Positions 27,115 through 35,387 of a DNA stretch of 64,000 bases are shown in pieces (position 1 is the first letter of the stretch; every line of letters begins with the position of its first letter). The DNA comes from Clostridiales bacterium. Its GTDB lineage: Bacteria; Bacillota; Clostridia; Oscillospirales; CAG-272. The translations under genes were made by a program, and so were the position numbers. The stretch covers positions 19,333 through 83,332 of the forward strand of contig JAAWQR010000005.1 in the NCBI GenBank assembly GCA_022800625.1, given 5' to 3'. Under the pieces are notes generated by a model. The model was not told where the DNA came from. It made no database searches and saw nothing but the letters and a program-made list of their open reading frames with translations.

Positions 27115-28413
27115 ATGGAATTGACAGGATTATCGGATTTATATAATGATTTTATATCAGAACAACATTTTATATCCTCTGTTAAAGATAATATAGGGAT
27201 TTATGATGTAAATATTTACACTGTTCAAATGGAAGAAGATATAGATCTATTGGAGTATATTCTAAACAACATATATAGCGGGAAAGATTTCCTTAAACGT
27301 AGAGGGATTTCAATATCAGAAAGTTTGAATACACTAAGGGCAAGAATTAAGTCTGTCAAGTCAATGAATAAGGTCGATTTTTTTAGATTGTTATGTTCTG
27401 CACTTGATGATATTAAAGACAGTCATCTCGTTTTTTCTCTTCCATACTTCAAAAATATACATCAGTTTTGTAGACATAATACCGTATATTTTGCTGACAT
27501 AACATTACAAAAAGATAGCGGTGGATATTTCATATTGTCTTCACAAGATTCGTCGGTAAAATGTGGGGAGCGTGTCATAATAGAAGAAGATTATCTATTC
27601 AGAACAGTTGATGGAAAATTTTTGTACGGAGTTTTCAGCGAAAAGCCGATTAAAACGATTACTTGTAACATTACAGGAGAAAAAGTACAATTGAATGTGT
27701 TACCGTCACCATTAAGACCGATAAAAAATAATGATTTATGGTCACATGAAAATTGTAATGGAATTGACATAGTCACAATATACAGTCTTTGTGCATTTAG
27801 CGTTGATGAAGAACAGAAACTGGAAGAATTAGTTGCACTGGGGAAAGTTCTAAAAGAATCAAAAAAAATCATACTGGATCTCCGAGGAAATAGAGGTGGC
27901 GATTCAGAAATTGCGCGAAGATTTATTGAGAACCTTAACGGCAGTGCATATATGAATTTAAATTATGCGAAACTGAATACGCAAGGAAGCAGATTAGCAG
28001 AAATAAGTCTTTATGCTGAGGATTTTGACAGTTATAGAAAGGTAAAAGAAGAAATTTTCCTTGATCCGGTTTGTAAGTGGCAATGTTCTGAATCTAATTT
28101 TATTTGTGACGGTCAGTATAAGAATCAACTTGTTGTATTAACAGACAGGCATACGGCATCTTCAGCAGAAATTATGTTGAAATGTATTAAGGATAATATT
28201 CCGCAGAGTGTTATAATTGGCGAAAATACAAGCGGGACGCTTAGCACAGGTGACATCAGACATTATTATCTGCCAAATTCTTTGATTTTTTTGGATGTTC
28301 CTACCGCAATATTTGCAGATATATTAGAAGAAGGAACAGGGTTTTGTCCTGATTTTTGGGACAAGGATGATGCCATGCAATCGGCTATAGATTTTTTGTC
28401 ACAAAAAAATTAA
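27115..28413 (+). CDS. S41 (C-terminal processing peptidase)-like protein, no signal peptide
   Basis: LDLRGNRGGD and TDRHTASSAEIM match S41 core motifs. The N-terminus is acidic and non-hydrophobic. The gene is strongly AT-rich relative to its neighbours. Confidence 0.5.
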   Translation: MELTGLSDLYNDFISEQHFISSVKDNIGIYDVNIYTVQMEEDIDLLEYILNNIYSGKDFLKRRGISISESLNTLRARIKSVKSMNKVDFFRLLCSALDDIKDSHLVFSLPYFKNIHQFCRHNTVYFADITLQKDSGGYFILSSQDSSVKCGERVIIEEDYLFRTVDGKFLYGVFSEKPIKTITCNITGEKVQLNVLPSPLRPIKNNDLWSHENCNGIDIVTIYSLCAFSVDEEQKLEELVALGKVLKESKKIILDLRGNRGGDSEIARRFIENLNGSAYMNLNYAKLNTQGSRLAEISLYAEDFDSYRKVKEEIFLDPVCKWQCSESNFICDGQYKNQLVVLTDRHTASSAEIMLKCIKDNIPQSVIIGENTSGTLSTGDIRHYYLPNSLIFLDVPTAIFADILEEGTGFCPDFWDKDDAMQSAIDFLSQKN

Positions 28414-28582
28414 ATATGGTTTATATAACATATACATTCAAAAGAATAGTTATATAAGTTTGAGAATTGAATTTTTGAAAAATATAAATGACGGGACAGA
28501 GCATATAAAATGCAGGGGGATTGAGTCTGAACAATCACCCTGCATAAATTTCGGTTGCAATATATTTGTTTCAACACATATC

Positions 28583-28960
28583 TCAATATCTGTTTCCATT
28601 TTTATTAAAGTTCTTTCTAAGTGCAATTTCAGTGAGAATCATAGTGCATATTATAACAACAATTTGTACCGAACAAACTACTCCGCCGATTATACCTATA
28701 TTAATGATATCTTTTCTGAATGCAAAAAGCATTACAGCTACGGATATAGGCAATATGATCCATCCGCACACTTTCCAAAGTTTCCCGAAGTATTTGTGTG
28801 CAAATTTCCAAGTCTCTTGATTCTTCATAGACATGTTTGTTCTGTATCCGGATGTAGCATTGATTTCTTTTGGAGGATTTTTCTCAAATCGATGTCCAGA
28901 ATAAATCATTGCAAGTGGGATCAATAAGTCCATGATCAACATAAATGTCCGAAATGCCAT
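28583..28960 (-). CDS. SdpI/YhfL family small membrane protein
   Basis: 125 aa. The pattern ...NxxxGYRTxxSMKNxETWxxAH..., followed by TM helices, is characteristic of the SdpI family. A strong AAGGAGG lies upstream. Confidence 0.55.
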   Translation of the reverse strand: MAFRTFMLIMDLLIPLAMIYSGHRFEKNPPKEINATSGYRTNMSMKNQETWKFAHKYFGKLWKVCGWIILPISVAVMLFAFRKDIINIGIIGGVVCSVQIVVIICTMILTEIALRKNFNKNGNRY

Positions 28961-29002
28961 AAAATACCTCCTTAAAGTTGACTTTTATTATATTTTACAA
29001 CA

Positions 29003-29070
29003 TTATTATATCGCAATTGATTATGTAAGTAAATATATGTCTGATTTTTTTCCTGAATATGTGATATGTG
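29003..29070. repeat. Copy B of the ~70-bp promoter-containing repeat
   Basis: See copy A. Reverse complement gives TTTACT, 17 nt, TATAAT facing the SdpI-family gene. Confidence 0.6.
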
Positions 29071-29167
29071 TGATTCTTTGAGGGGCTGAAAAAACGAGTT
29101 ATTTATTTTTTATTTTGTATATCACAAGATGAAAAATACCATAAAAATGCATAATAAAATTTAGGGG

Positions 29168-29196
29168 TTGCAATTTTAATTTGTTTGTGATATAAT
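29168..29196 (+). promoter_or_regulatory. Sigma-A type promoter of the G5/3D gene
   Basis: TTGCAA (29168-29173), 17 nt, TATAAT (29191-29196) with TG extension (TGATATAAT). Confidence 0.65.
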
Positions 29197-29371
29197 AAAC
29201 GCGTTATTGCCTTTCAAGGTCTATGCTCTCGTTGCAAAAGCAGCGCGAACTTTCACCATGAAATACAGCGTCTAAAGCGCAGTCAGACGGGGTATTTCAC
29301 AAATTTCCGGCAGGCAGTCGCAAGGCTTCCGCCGGCGGAAAGGAATCGCCAAACGGCGAGAAGGTGTTTTC

Positions 29372-31087
29372 TTGTATCTACGATCAGATAACTCTGATAG
29401 TACCGATTTAAGCCGCACCGCTATCACCGGGCAATCAGGCAAATTGCTCAGAGAAGGCATTATATCAGAAGAAACTGCAAATCCGCAGACTGAAACGGAT
29501 CAGTTTGACTTTGACGAGTCGGAAATTCCGGCATGTGTAAGGAGGAAGAGTACCAAACGGACAAATTCTGTGCAGACAGGCAATAATAACATCTCAAGCA
29601 CAGAACATATCGGCAATAGGGCCGATATGTCAAAAACCGCAGATATTCCGAATCTCAGAACAGCCGAGGTTGACGTTAAAGCAATCCGTGCAATGCGCAC
29701 GGGAACGTATCCTAAAGTATGCGAGACGAGCAAAAAGCCATCGTGCACGGGGCAGATACCCGTGATAGGTAAGCAGAGGAGAGATACCTCTGAGATACCC
29801 GCAGTGCGCCAAGCAAATTCACGTACGGGCAATATTCCTACAGTGAAGGCGCAAAAAAAATCATTGTTCTCAAAGCTCACATGGAGAACAAAATCCGAGC
29901 GGAGCGGAAAGGCTCCGTGTTTCCATACTATCCGTGGCGCGGAAGATATGGAGAAGTCAGTATACATTCCCGAGAGATTGTTATCTTTCATAGGAAGGCG
30001 GCGAAAAGCTGTATTAGTTGCAGCTTCATGCCTTGTCCTCGTATGCGTAGCTGTTCCGACAGCCGTATATGCGGCCTCAAAGGGTGTCTCTGCTGACAAA
30101 GACTTAGCGGACTTTGAAATTATTGAGACAGGCGATGACTTATATGCCATGAGTCTTGACGGCGTGTCTGCAGACGCGTTCAAACTGTCATCGGCAAATG
30201 TTCTTTATAATGATTTCGAAAAGTCTGATGACGACAAAGATAATGACACAGAAAAGAATGAAACTATTGATGAAGATGTGACATCTGAAGGAGCAATGCT
30301 GCTCAGCACGGATACCGAAGAAGATGCGGCGTCAGCCGAATTTCTGTCTGAAAATTTTTTCACGGTAACACTGCAGTTCTATGATAGAGACAGTATCACA
30401 TGCTCGACCTCCCCCCTGACCTTGAGGGAGCTGTTCGCAAAAGTCGGATATACGCAGCGAGATACTGATAAGATCTACGCAGGACTTGACGATGTGATTG
30501 ATTCAGAATGCACTATAATAATTGACAGCGTTGAATATTCAACTTTGACTGAGACTGAAAGCATACCTTTTGAGGTGGAAACGATCGATGTACAGTCTAT
30601 CCCGCGCGGAACAACTCAGACGGTAACAGACGGCGCAGTCGGTGCGCGCGACGTTGTATACACTGTCGAATATGTAAACGGAGTTGAAGTGTCCCGCGAA
30701 AAGCAGTATGACTATGTTGTGAGTGAGCCTGTAAATCAGGTTGAATACCGAGGAGTCGGCGGGGTGCTTTATGCTCCCGACGGAAATGCGTATTCTTATT
30801 CATATTGCGTAACAGTTCGTGCAACATATTATGATCTTCCGGGAAGAACGGCTTCCGGTATGCCCGTTGGCAATAACATTGTGGCAACCGATCCGTCAGT
30901 TTTCCCACTCGGCACGAATATGTATGTCATGAGCGACTCATACGATATGGGTCTGAGAGTTGCGGCAGATACCGGCGGCGGTGTCAAAGGTAACCTCATT
31001 GACATTTGGATGGATCAGTCATCTCCCAATTTTGCACGTTTTTCATCACAGGGTGTCGCGGAAATGACAGCTTATATTCTTGACTGA
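29372..31087 (+). CDS. Membrane-anchored G5 + 3D (MltA/RlpA-like) domain cell-wall protein, YabE/RpfB-like
   Basis: Apparent TTG start after GAGAAGGTG. About 215-aa cytoplasmic region and one TM helix (AVLVAASCLVLVCVAVPTAVYA). G5-like segment (TQTVTDGAVGARDVVYTVEYVNGVEVSRE) and C-terminal 3D domain (ATYYDL...TASG...VATDPSVFPLGT...AADTGGGVKGN.IDIW). Confidence 0.75.
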   Translation: MYLRSDNSDSTDLSRTAITGQSGKLLREGIISEETANPQTETDQFDFDESEIPACVRRKSTKRTNSVQTGNNNISSTEHIGNRADMSKTADIPNLRTAEVDVKAIRAMRTGTYPKVCETSKKPSCTGQIPVIGKQRRDTSEIPAVRQANSRTGNIPTVKAQKKSLFSKLTWRTKSERSGKAPCFHTIRGAEDMEKSVYIPERLLSFIGRRRKAVLVAASCLVLVCVAVPTAVYAASKGVSADKDLADFEIIETGDDLYAMSLDGVSADAFKLSSANVLYNDFEKSDDDKDNDTEKNETIDEDVTSEGAMLLSTDTEEDAASAEFLSENFFTVTLQFYDRDSITCSTSPLTLRELFAKVGYTQRDTDKIYAGLDDVIDSECTIIIDSVEYSTLTETESIPFEVETIDVQSIPRGTTQTVTDGAVGARDVVYTVEYVNGVEVSREKQYDYVVSEPVNQVEYRGVGGVLYAPDGNAYSYSYCVTVRATYYDLPGRTASGMPVGNNIVATDPSVFPLGTNMYVMSDSYDMGLRVAADTGGGVKGNLIDIWMDQSSPNFARFSSQGVAEMTAYILD

Positions 31088-31102
31088 TAAATTAGAGCAT
31101 AG

Positions 31103-31136
31103 AAAAGAACCGAACTGCGCTTCGGTTCTTTTTTTG
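31103..31136. terminator. Bidirectional intrinsic terminator (G5/3D gene and gatB)
   Basis: GAACCGAA-CTGCGC-TTCGGTTC flanked by AAAA and TTTTTTT. Confidence 0.8.
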
Positions 31137-31155
31137 TATGTTATTTCATTCCTTG

Positions 31156-32577
31156 CTATTCAAAAAATCTGTCAACCTCACGATTTGCAAGCACGGGATC
31201 GGCTTTTCCTCCCGTTTCCCGCATTACATAACCTACTATTACTTTTTTTGCGCCGAGCTTGCCCTTTTTTACTTCACGTACAGCTTCGGGAAGCGACTTT
31301 GCTGCCTTTATTATAAGTGTTCTTATCGTTTCGGCATCGCGTATCATGAACAGATTCATTTTTTCTGCGATCTCTCTCGGGGAATTACCGCTGTTACTGA
31401 CAGATGCAATAAGCTTTTTGGCAGATACAATGTTTATCTCTCCTGCGCTGTACATTGCGGAAATTTCAGAAAGCTTTTCGGGAGACAGGATAGATTTTGA
31501 GTCTTTCATTTTCGGAAAAACTTCACTGACAAATAAATTGGAGAGAGTAAGCGCATCAGATTTATCGGATATTGCCGATTCAAAGTAAGCTGCTGTTTCG
31601 GGAGACGTGCATATTATCCCAGCGTTTCCGTCTGAAATACCGAACTTTCTCATAGAAGCTTTGATCTCTCCCGGCATTCTCGGCATCTCCGCGCGTATTC
31701 TTTCAACATACTCTTTGTCTGTAAGAATCGGAGGAATATCAGGCTCTCTGATATATCTGTAATCAGAACAGCTTTCCTTTGAGCGCATGCGTTCGGTCTT
31801 TCCGGAGGATTCGGAGAATCGGCGTGTTTCACATTCTATTTTGCCGCCGTTCTCAATAATATCGACCTGTCTTTTTAATTCGCTTTCAATTGCTCGTCCG
31901 ATAAAATTTACGGAATTTATATTCTTTATCTCACACCGCGCTCTAAGTGTATTCTCTCCCTCTTTTCTGACTGATATATTAACGTCACATCTGAGCGAAC
32001 CTTCGTTCATCTTACAGTCTGACACACCTGCGAACAGCAGTCTGCTGCGCAGTTCATTTACAAACGCCATAGTTTCGTCAGCGCTTCTCATATCAGGCTC
32101 GGTTACAATCTCAATGAGCGGTACACCGCAGCGATTGTTGTCGATATTGACTCCGTTTTCCGAGTACGATAGTTTGCCCGCGTCTTCCTCCATATGAATT
32201 TCTCGGATTCTTATTTTTTTGTCTTTTTCACCATCGCTGAGTGTAACATATCCGTCAAGGCATAGCGGAGAATAAAACTGTGTTATCTGATACCCTTTCG
32301 GAAGATCGGGATAGAAATAATGTTTTCTGTCAAAATATGATATCTCGGAAATACGGCAGTTTAGGGCTAATCCCGCGCGCACGGCAAGGCTGACGGCTTC
32401 TCCGTTCAGGCAGGGAATAGCTCCCGGCATACCGAGACATATCGGACAGCAGTTTCTGTTCGGCTCATTTCCGTATGCGGTGCTGCATGAGCAAAACGCT
32501 TTTTCGGCAGTTTTTAATTCAACATGGACTTCCGCGCCTATTACGGGTTCATATCCTTTATATAATGTATTACTCAT
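31156..32577 (-). CDS. gatB: Asp-tRNA(Asn)/Glu-tRNA(Gln) amidotransferase subunit B
   Basis: N-terminal YEPVIGAEVHVELKT and a C-terminal YqeY-like tail. 473 aa. Confidence 0.92.
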   Translation of the reverse strand: MSNTLYKGYEPVIGAEVHVELKTAEKAFCSCSTAYGNEPNRNCCPICLGMPGAIPCLNGEAVSLAVRAGLALNCRISEISYFDRKHYFYPDLPKGYQITQFYSPLCLDGYVTLSDGEKDKKIRIREIHMEEDAGKLSYSENGVNIDNNRCGVPLIEIVTEPDMRSADETMAFVNELRSRLLFAGVSDCKMNEGSLRCDVNISVRKEGENTLRARCEIKNINSVNFIGRAIESELKRQVDIIENGGKIECETRRFSESSGKTERMRSKESCSDYRYIREPDIPPILTDKEYVERIRAEMPRMPGEIKASMRKFGISDGNAGIICTSPETAAYFESAISDKSDALTLSNLFVSEVFPKMKDSKSILSPEKLSEISAMYSAGEINIVSAKKLIASVSNSGNSPREIAEKMNLFMIRDAETIRTLIIKAAKSLPEAVREVKKGKLGAKKVIVGYVMRETGGKADPVLANREVDRFFE

Positions 32578-32579
32578 TT

Positions 32580-33998
32580 TTACACGTCCGTACTCATAAT
32601 ATTATTTTGATGAGTTTTAAATATTCTCTCAAGCGCATATGCAGTTCTGCAGAGCTTTTCTTCTTCGCCGTGCTTTGCCGTCAGCTGGATTCCGACCGGT
32701 AATTTGTTTTTGTCTCCTGACGGGATAACCACAGCGGGGATTCCTGTGAGATTAGCATATGCTGTGAATTTGTCACTGCCTGTCGTATCTTCTCCGATAC
32801 GACGGGTATCATTAAGAGACGGTGCGGTGATATCTGATACGGGGGTTAAGATTATATCAAATTTTTCAAACAGATAATCGGTATTTTTTCTCAATCGTCT
32901 TTGCACTTCAAGAGCGGAAACATAAATTTTCCCGTTATCATACGTCAGCACATATGCGCCCTGAGCCAGCCTTTCTTTTACCTTTGTTCCGAATCCCTCG
33001 TTTCTTGTACCTTCAACAGTTCCCATAGCAGAGCTGAAGCCGTACCGCAAGCCGTCGTATCTTGCAAGGGTTGACGATGCTTCGGCGGAGGATATCGCAT
33101 AATATATCTCAGGTATGGTATCGATCATCGGAAGCCTTGTTTCCGAAACGTTTGCTCCTGATTCTTCAAGCAAAGCAAAAAGCCTTTTGTCGCATCCGAG
33201 TCCGGGTATTGAGCCGATTCTCATGCCTTTAAGAGTTTCTGTATCGCTGACTCCATATTTTTTGCCCTGAGAATACAGAGTTGTCATATCTCTCTCGTCT
33301 TTTCCGCAGATCACGCTGTATAGAAGAGCACAGTCTCGTATATCGCGGCTGATCGGACAGATTTGCTCAAGAGACGGAGCCAACCCAGTAAGACCGAACC
33401 GTGATACGCTGCCGTAAGTAGGCTTCAGAGCAGATACTCCGCAGAATGCGGCGGGAAGTCTTGCAGAACCTCCTGTGTCGCTGCCGAGAGACAGCAGAGC
33501 TTCTCCTGCTGCGACACTTGCGGCAGAGCCTGAGGATGAGCCGCCGGGACTTCGCTCTGTATCATGCGGATTCAGCGTCATGCCGAACGCCGATGTTGTT
33601 CCGTCCGCTCCGATTGCAAACTCATCCATGTTCGTTTTGCCGATCGGTACGGCGCCTGCCGCAAGTATTTTTTCATAAACAGACGCGCTGTAGCTCGGTA
33701 TGAAATTTTCAAGCATACGCGATGCACAGGTAGTTTTTATTCCTTTAGTGCAGATATTGTCTTTTATCGAAATTGGAATGCCTGCAAGCGGAAGATTTAC
33801 AAGTTCAGACTTTGACATGCAGTCGATTCGGCTTGCAGTCATTTCTGCTTCTTCGCTGCAAATCGTAATAAAAGAGTTATACTTATTTTTTTCTGCGCGT
33901 TTTATATAAGCTTTCAGCACTTCAAGAGCGCCCAGCCGCCTCTCCCTTACAGCGCATGAAAGCTCTGTCGCACTAAGCTTCAGTATATCGTCTGACAA
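32580..33998 (-). CDS. gatA: Asp-tRNA(Asn)/Glu-tRNA(Gln) amidotransferase subunit A
   Basis: Amidase signature GGSSSGSAASVAAG. Separated from gatB by 2 nt. Confidence 0.92.
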   Translation of the reverse strand: MSDDILKLSATELSCAVRERRLGALEVLKAYIKRAEKNKYNSFITICSEEAEMTASRIDCMSKSELVNLPLAGIPISIKDNICTKGIKTTCASRMLENFIPSYSASVYEKILAAGAVPIGKTNMDEFAIGADGTTSAFGMTLNPHDTERSPGGSSSGSAASVAAGEALLSLGSDTGGSARLPAAFCGVSALKPTYGSVSRFGLTGLAPSLEQICPISRDIRDCALLYSVICGKDERDMTTLYSQGKKYGVSDTETLKGMRIGSIPGLGCDKRLFALLEESGANVSETRLPMIDTIPEIYYAISSAEASSTLARYDGLRYGFSSAMGTVEGTRNEGFGTKVKERLAQGAYVLTYDNGKIYVSALEVQRRLRKNTDYLFEKFDIILTPVSDITAPSLNDTRRIGEDTTGSDKFTAYANLTGIPAVVIPSGDKNKLPVGIQLTAKHGEEEKLCRTAYALERIFKTHQNNIMSTDV

Positions 33999-34082
33999 AA
34001 TTTATTTCACCACGCATTCTTTATCTGTTGCACTGCTTAAAAATCCTGTATTTCAGGAGAGCAGATGCAAATAATAGTGTAG

Positions 34083-34304
34083 TCAGGCATTTTTACTCTC
34101 ACACCGAAGCTCACAGACATTCATTGGTCGTCTGCCATCAAGAACGTCGTTAAGGCAAAGTCTGCCGTTGCAAGAATTTTGACAGGAAGCAATTTCTTCA
34201 ATTTCGTAAAAACCGAAAAATCGGTTTTCGTCAAGCTTCAGCTTCATTAAGTCCGCACATTTTGCGGCATAATCGTTTTTTGTCATATGATGTTTTCCGC
34301 TCAT
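34083..34304 (-). CDS. Small Cys-rich protein; possibly a divergent GatC
   Basis: Sits where gatC is expected. Only weak GatC-like pattern (YAAKCADLMKLKLDEN ... NDVLDGRRP). An 84-nt gap to gatA and 7 Cys residues are atypical. Confidence 0.35.
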   Translation of the reverse strand: MSGKHHMTKNDYAAKCADLMKLKLDENRFFGFYEIEEIASCQNSCNGRLCLNDVLDGRRPMNVCELRCESKNA

Positions 34305-34307
34305 ACG

Positions 34308-35153
34308 TCAGTCTGCCTTTCGCATATCTTTCAGCATTGCGATCTCCTCGGCGTATCCGTCAAGCTCATTCGGGGTTTCAAGATAGAAGGGAAGATCTTT
34401 CAGCTTTGGATGGTTGATAAGCGTTTCCATTGATTTCAGCGAAATATGTCCGAGGCCGAGTTTTTCATGGCGGTCTTTTGCGCTTCCCATGATATTTTTG
34501 CTGTCGTTTAAATGAATCGCAAGAAGTCTGTCCAGACCGATAATACGGTCAAATTCTTCAAGAACGGCGCAGGGATCCTCCGACACGCTGTATCCTCCGT
34601 CATGTATATGACATGTGTCAAGGCATACTCCCACGTTGTCGCGAACCGAAGGATCTGTTTTATCAATGATTTCGGCAATTTCTTCAAAGCTTTTACCGAT
34701 TTCCGTTCCCTTGCCCGCCATAGTTTCAATAAGTACAGTTGTTTTCATTCCGGGAGTTATAATTTTAGAGAGCATTGATGAAGTAAAGCCGATTCCGATG
34801 TCCGCTCCCGCTCCGACATGGCAGCCGGGGTGGAAATTATACATTGCCCCGTCAATGGATTCAAGAAATTCAAGCTCGCTTTTCATAGCTTGTGTGCTGT
34901 AGTCTCTGATTTTTTCATCAGCGGAGCACGGGTTATATGTGTATGGCGCGTGAGCTAAAGGCGCGTGCATTTCATTTTCCTTTAAGATTTCACAAAGTGC
35001 TGAAACATCTGTGGGATCGGGCATTTTTCCGCTGCTCCGTCCGCGCGGGTTTTTTGTAAAAAACTGAAATGTATTAGCACCGATTGACAGAGCGCGGCGT
35101 CCCATAGCCGCATATCCTTCCGAAATAGATAAATGGCATCCTATATAGAACAT
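34308..35153 (-). CDS. nfo: Endonuclease IV (deoxyribonuclease IV)
   Basis: MFYIGCHLS...ANTFQFFTKNPRG and ...CLDTCHIHD metal-site motifs. ATG 35153 has GAAAGGA at 9 nt. The ORF-track start at 35171 lacks an SD. Confidence 0.88.
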   Translation of the reverse strand: MFYIGCHLSISEGYAAMGRRALSIGANTFQFFTKNPRGRSSGKMPDPTDVSALCEILKENEMHAPLAHAPYTYNPCSADEKIRDYSTQAMKSELEFLESIDGAMYNFHPGCHVGAGADIGIGFTSSMLSKIITPGMKTTVLIETMAGKGTEIGKSFEEIAEIIDKTDPSVRDNVGVCLDTCHIHDGGYSVSEDPCAVLEEFDRIIGLDRLLAIHLNDSKNIMGSAKDRHEKLGLGHISLKSMETLINHPKLKDLPFYLETPNELDGYAEEIAMLKDMRKAD

Positions 35154-35387
35154 ATTTTTATTTCCTTTCATTATTATAATATAATTTAACTGTTTTGTAA
35201 TTTATTGATTTCCGTATAAATTATTCGATTGACAAAACAAATAGGGAATGATAAAATAATTTTAATACAGTATCTTACTACAGATATTTTATCATATAAA
35301 CGATTAAAAAACAAGCAGATAAGGCACTTCCGCAACTTTATCATGCCGCGGCAGATTGTGATTTTACAAAATTGAAGCTCTGTCCGC

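Noticed and set aside
28460-28927. 155-aa plus-strand ORF overlapping the SdpI-family gene
   Set aside because: The opposite-strand ORF has a strong SD and the SdpI-family sequence pattern. The plus-strand translation is compositionally odd (C/F/I/S/H-rich) and has no start context.
26813-29070. Mobile element (IS, transposon or integrative islet) call for the AT-rich region
   Set aside because: There is no transposase, integrase or recombinase gene, no terminal inverted repeats, and no tRNA target. The flanking repeats are only about 73% identical and contain promoters. I report it as a repeat-bracketed islet rather than a mobile element.
29197-29371. Calling the G5/3D leader a c-di-AMP (ydaO) riboswitch
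   Set aside because: Only fragments resemble ydaO elements (ACGGGG, GGAATC, CCGGCAG..GCAAGG). Their order does not match the consensus as I remember it. It is kept only as an unassigned structured leader pending cmscan.
29500-30183. 227-aa minus-strand ORF inside the G5/3D gene, with similar shadows at 37201..37725, 39796..40365, 45547..45951, 46042..46608, 46938..47543 and 53395..53988
   Set aside because: All lie antisense to well-supported genes, lack SD and start context, and have low-complexity translations.
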